This document shows, one piece after another, positions 60,600-64,000 of a stretch of 64,000 nucleotides of DNA (the first letter of the stretch is position 1; the number at the start of each line of letters is the position of its first letter). The notes beneath the pieces are model-generated. The model was not told the origin of the DNA, searched no databases, and saw only the letters and a program-made list of their open reading frames with translations. The stretch is from Pavona decussata (taxonomy: Eukaryota): the NCBI GenBank assembly GCA_977016875.1, contig CDRNST010000175.1, positions 930,001-994,000 of the forward strand, written 5' to 3'. The position numbers and the translations under genes were made by a program.

Positions 60600-63530
60600 T
60601 AATCAATAGGAGTCTTCCTTTTTGACTTGGACTCCACGCAGGTTATTTTGTTCCCCAGAGCAATTTTTACTGCACTGTCGAAAACTTGGGTGGGGAATCT
60701 TTTCCTTGTGTAGCCTGCAAAAATAAAAACGTATAGTACGAAAGTCTCAGAGTAAAATAATGATAGAAATTTAATCTCATTTCATTTGAAAAGTAGCGAG
60801 TCGTTGTTCAATTAAATTAACCTAATAACTGAGGGAAAATATTTTCACTGGTTTGCATCTGTCATAAGGAGGCAATATGGAGTAAGCGGTAAAGACTAAT
60901 GCCATCTTTGTTCTACATGTTCTTTGCTGTTATGTGACTGTATGTTATATACAATGGTACATTTATTTATGTATTTTTTTTGTTCACATGCAATTATGTT
61001 TTTATATACTACCAGTAATATCTAGATCAAAATTTTGTTTACTTTGTTAATCTAGCCAGGGTTCTTTTTTTGTGTGCAATGACCTAACATTCTAGTGAGT
61101 GAGCTGTTTAATGAAGTGTAATATATAAAGAACTCTTATGCAGAAAACTGTTGAGGATGCCAGTATCCAGGCAGGGCTTGTTTTTTTCCAGTTAGGCTTT
61201 TGCCTATTAGTTCCTCATCCTTGTAAAAACAGCTTAGCAAGAAGCAGCCTGTTGCTGTAGCTGTTTTCTTTGAAAAAGCTTTTGTGATGTGGCTTTCATA
61301 GACAAAAACCATTTGTCCAGGAGACAGTTCTATCATCTGCAAGCAATACGATATATATGGTAATTACTGAGTTCATGCATCACACATTCACATATGCATC
61401 GATCTTAGCAGTTTTTGTCACTAAAACACTTGCCAGTACCATTTATTTGTTTAAACGCAAATTTTATGCTGAACAATCATATTTTGAATGCATCTCAGTC
61501 CCAAAGAAAAAAAACTTAACCTTGTACCCAGATCTTTTCACTCTTCAGGGAATGAAAAGGTCTTATAAATACTTTAGAGATTGGCATTCAAGGGCACATG
61601 TTTTAGAGTTGTTTTGTGTCATGGTAAACTCACACATGCAAATGTACACTGGCATACATAGTTTTGTGGTCTACACAAAAATAGTGAAACTGTTTGTGCT
61701 GGCTGGAGAATGAAGCTGATTCCACCAAACATTCAGTCACCAAAGACATGGTGTGATATCTGGGTACAAGATTGCAAAAATTAGAAATACTTTATAGACA
61801 GAGCACTTGTTTTAGGGTTATGTTTCCCTAATGCCAATACACTTATTGAAAGAACATGTATAAATTTATAAACAAAATAACTTGATTGCTACTTTCGTGC
61901 ACCTCCCTGCTAAGTAATTTATATTACAGTGGAAATGTCTGTTGCATTTAATTACTATTATTTTAAAGAAAGTGCGACAAATTAGCTTGGTTTTTATTGC
62001 AGTTAAACCCCTGAAAAAATGGTGATTAAGCAAATAAATTATGTTTTCTTACAGGAGGTCAGTCTACACAAGGTTTTAACTGTGAATAACATGAACCTGT
62101 CATTTCTTGTAAGCAACTTCTTTCTGTGTGTAAGGCTTGACAGTTTTGATTGTTGTTAAAGAATCTTAAAACATAACAATTTGCACCAATAATATAAGTT
62201 AAGGGGTACGATGAAAACGTTTGTGACTTGTGATGTAACGTACATTAAATTCTCCCTGTACAAGGGAATACAACACAGTTCACATGAGGCAATTAATCAT
62301 ACACCACTAAACGCTTTTTTCTAGGCAACCGTTCATTATTATAGTTTGTCTGATATAGTCCAAAACAAATCTTACTTTGTCACGGTCAGCTGTTGAGTTG
62401 AAGCCACTATCATTTGGACCTAGGCAATAATGTAAACACAACATTTATAAATCAAACTTGATCCACAGTTTTTATATACCATGCTTTGACTAGAAAAGCC
62501 TGGTTATAATTTCTTAACACAATATACGTAGCACAAATTTAGAGTAAGGAATCTAAAAACATTGTTGTGGCAGTGTGTTGAAAGCTGAAATAGAAGTTCG
62601 ATTATTAATTACTGTATGTCTTTATAATAAATTAAGATTTACAGCAAAAACGATTAGGAAAATTTGTTTGCTTTAAACTTTGAAGATTGACATCTAGTAC
62701 GGTTTGTTATGATTATGCTACCGGTCAAAATTAAATTGAGGGTATTATTTTCAATCTAGGTTGATTCTCAATTTCTTTTGTCTCCTAGGTACCTAAGTTA
62801 ACAAATTTTAACCTAAATTTAATCTTGACCGGAAACAATAATTATGGTTTCTGGTCAAGATTAAATTCAATTCAGGTTAAAATTTTTGTGGTATAATTTA
62901 TATAAATTTTTGTGGTATAATTATACCACAGAGCTATGCTCAAAACTCAAAGTTAACATGCTGCTTGTAACAGGAACACCTGTTTGTCTTCAGGGGTATA
63001 AGATTAGCTTCTACATGTAGAGAACATAAAGCCTGTAGTTACTTACTGAAATCGTCCATTTCGTTTTCCTCATCGTCATCACTTCCATCTATGAAGGGGC
63101 CTGCGACAACTCGTTCTAAGTTGCTGAATATAACTTCACTGGAATTTAAACAATTTTCCTTGTTTCTTCCTCCTTTCCTCTGTACTTCTCTCTCTCTTTG
63201 CTCTAGTTTTTCCTTTTTTCTTTCCAGTTCTCTTTCTTTCTCCTCCATATCTCTGCCTTGGTCATCAATCTCTACCACTGACTTATTCAGTAGTGACAAC
63301 TGCCCTAGAATATCAAAATCCCTTTCATCAAGGGCCTTCTTCTTCTGCACTTTTTCTTTCTTCTTTTTCTTTTTGTATTTTTTTTCCTGTTTCATTCCTT
63401 TGAGCTGCAGGCTCTTTGTTGGCTTTGCCCTTCCCTTTGTGTGTTGCCACAGTACTACTCTTTTTTATCGGATGTGGACTCCATTGAATTTTTTGTTTTG
63501 ATCAACTGGTCTTTATCATCTGCCCCAAGA
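60600..63530 (-). pseudogene. Multi-exon BEN-domain protein with an N-terminal basic/coiled-coil region
   Basis: 61136-61342 IELSPGQMVFVY..TATATGCFLLSCFYKDEELIGKSLTGK (BEN-like). Last exon YTRKRFP..AVKIALGNKI (~60600-60715). Coiled-coil/acidic exon at 63039-63395. Confidence 0.6.
62720..62930. repeat. Local inverted and direct repeats (hairpin-forming)
   Basis: CCGGTCAAAATTAAATT (62721) pairs with AATTTAATCTTGACCGG (ending 62832); a third copy at ~62852; TGTGGTATAATTATACCACA palindrome. Confidence 0.6.
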
Positions 63531-64000
63531 AAAAAAATTCAGAGTAAGTTATTACTCGGGCCGTAGGGCAGCACGAGGTAAGGTATCGGTAACATAATCA
63601 AATTCTTTTTTTATTTTTGGGGTCGTGATGGGCCATGAGATAAGACTTCGCGCCACAAGTTATTGTTCTCGGTCTCGTTTTTGTACTTGGGCAGCTTGAG
63701 TAAAGTTTTCAGTCGTGTTATCAAATTCAGTTAAGTAATTGGGGAATGGGAGGGGAGAGCCCCGAACTCCCTAATTTTTTTTCGCTTCCTTAGCTCCCCC
63801 TCCCTTTCCCTTATGTATTCTGCGAGTCGCTATTCTTTTGAATCAACACATTTGGCGTCGGTTGTGAAGCGTTCGTGAACGGTTTCCCTTAGCGCAGAGA
63901 GGGTTCTGGAGTCGTTAGAACAAAAAGGTGATGGCAATGATAGCATGTCAAGTAGCGAAGAAAGCGAAAACGTAAAGATTAAAGCCCATGGATATAGCAT

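Larger units (their letters stand above)
55349..64000. mobile_element. Large CAC-terminated DNA transposon (copy E) carrying chromodomain, transposase-like and BEN genes; right end presumably beyond the window
   Basis: CACATTACCAGAAATCGGGGACATTTCATGCCCGCG at 55349 mirrors the left ends of copies B and D (CAC...G.GGA.ATTT...CCCGCG). Decayed genes follow inward. Confidence 0.55.

Noticed and set aside
63091-63501. Hydrophobic Ser/Phe-rich plus-strand ORF
   Set aside because: Antisense shadow of the Lys/Glu-rich minus-strand exon.

Overview
Eukaryotic, AT-rich, TE-saturated 64-kb region, most likely from a stony coral or other cnidarian (inferred from the repeat families). No clear host gene is present. 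The first half is a nest of retroelements: DIRS/Ngaro, Penelope, an RTE-X LINE, a full-length BEL/Pao element with 394-bp LTRs and a CCTAG TSD sitting inside an older BEL/Pao, and a CR1/L2 LINE inside that element. The highlight lies at 30.5-50 kb: three diverged copies of an intron-containing DNA transposon whose transposase has the RAG1 domain order (N-terminal Zn domain, basic region, RING, ZnB, NBD-like region, DDE core). Two copies (32056-37276 and 46405-49798) keep both CAC...GTG ends with 4-bp TSDs. In both, the terminal repeats are bipartite and asymmetric: a 13-bp terminal box and an internal G.GGA.A box are 2 bp apart at one end and 11-12 bp apart at the other, about one helical turn, reminiscent of the 12/23 rule. 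No RAG2-like gene was seen. A fourth, more distant CAC-terminated element starts at 55349 and carries a chromodomain gene, two transposase-like regions (one RAG1/Transib-like) and a BEN-domain gene. About 17 of 20 orientable TE remnants lie on the minus strand. All calls come from motif reading by eye; no database searches were run.
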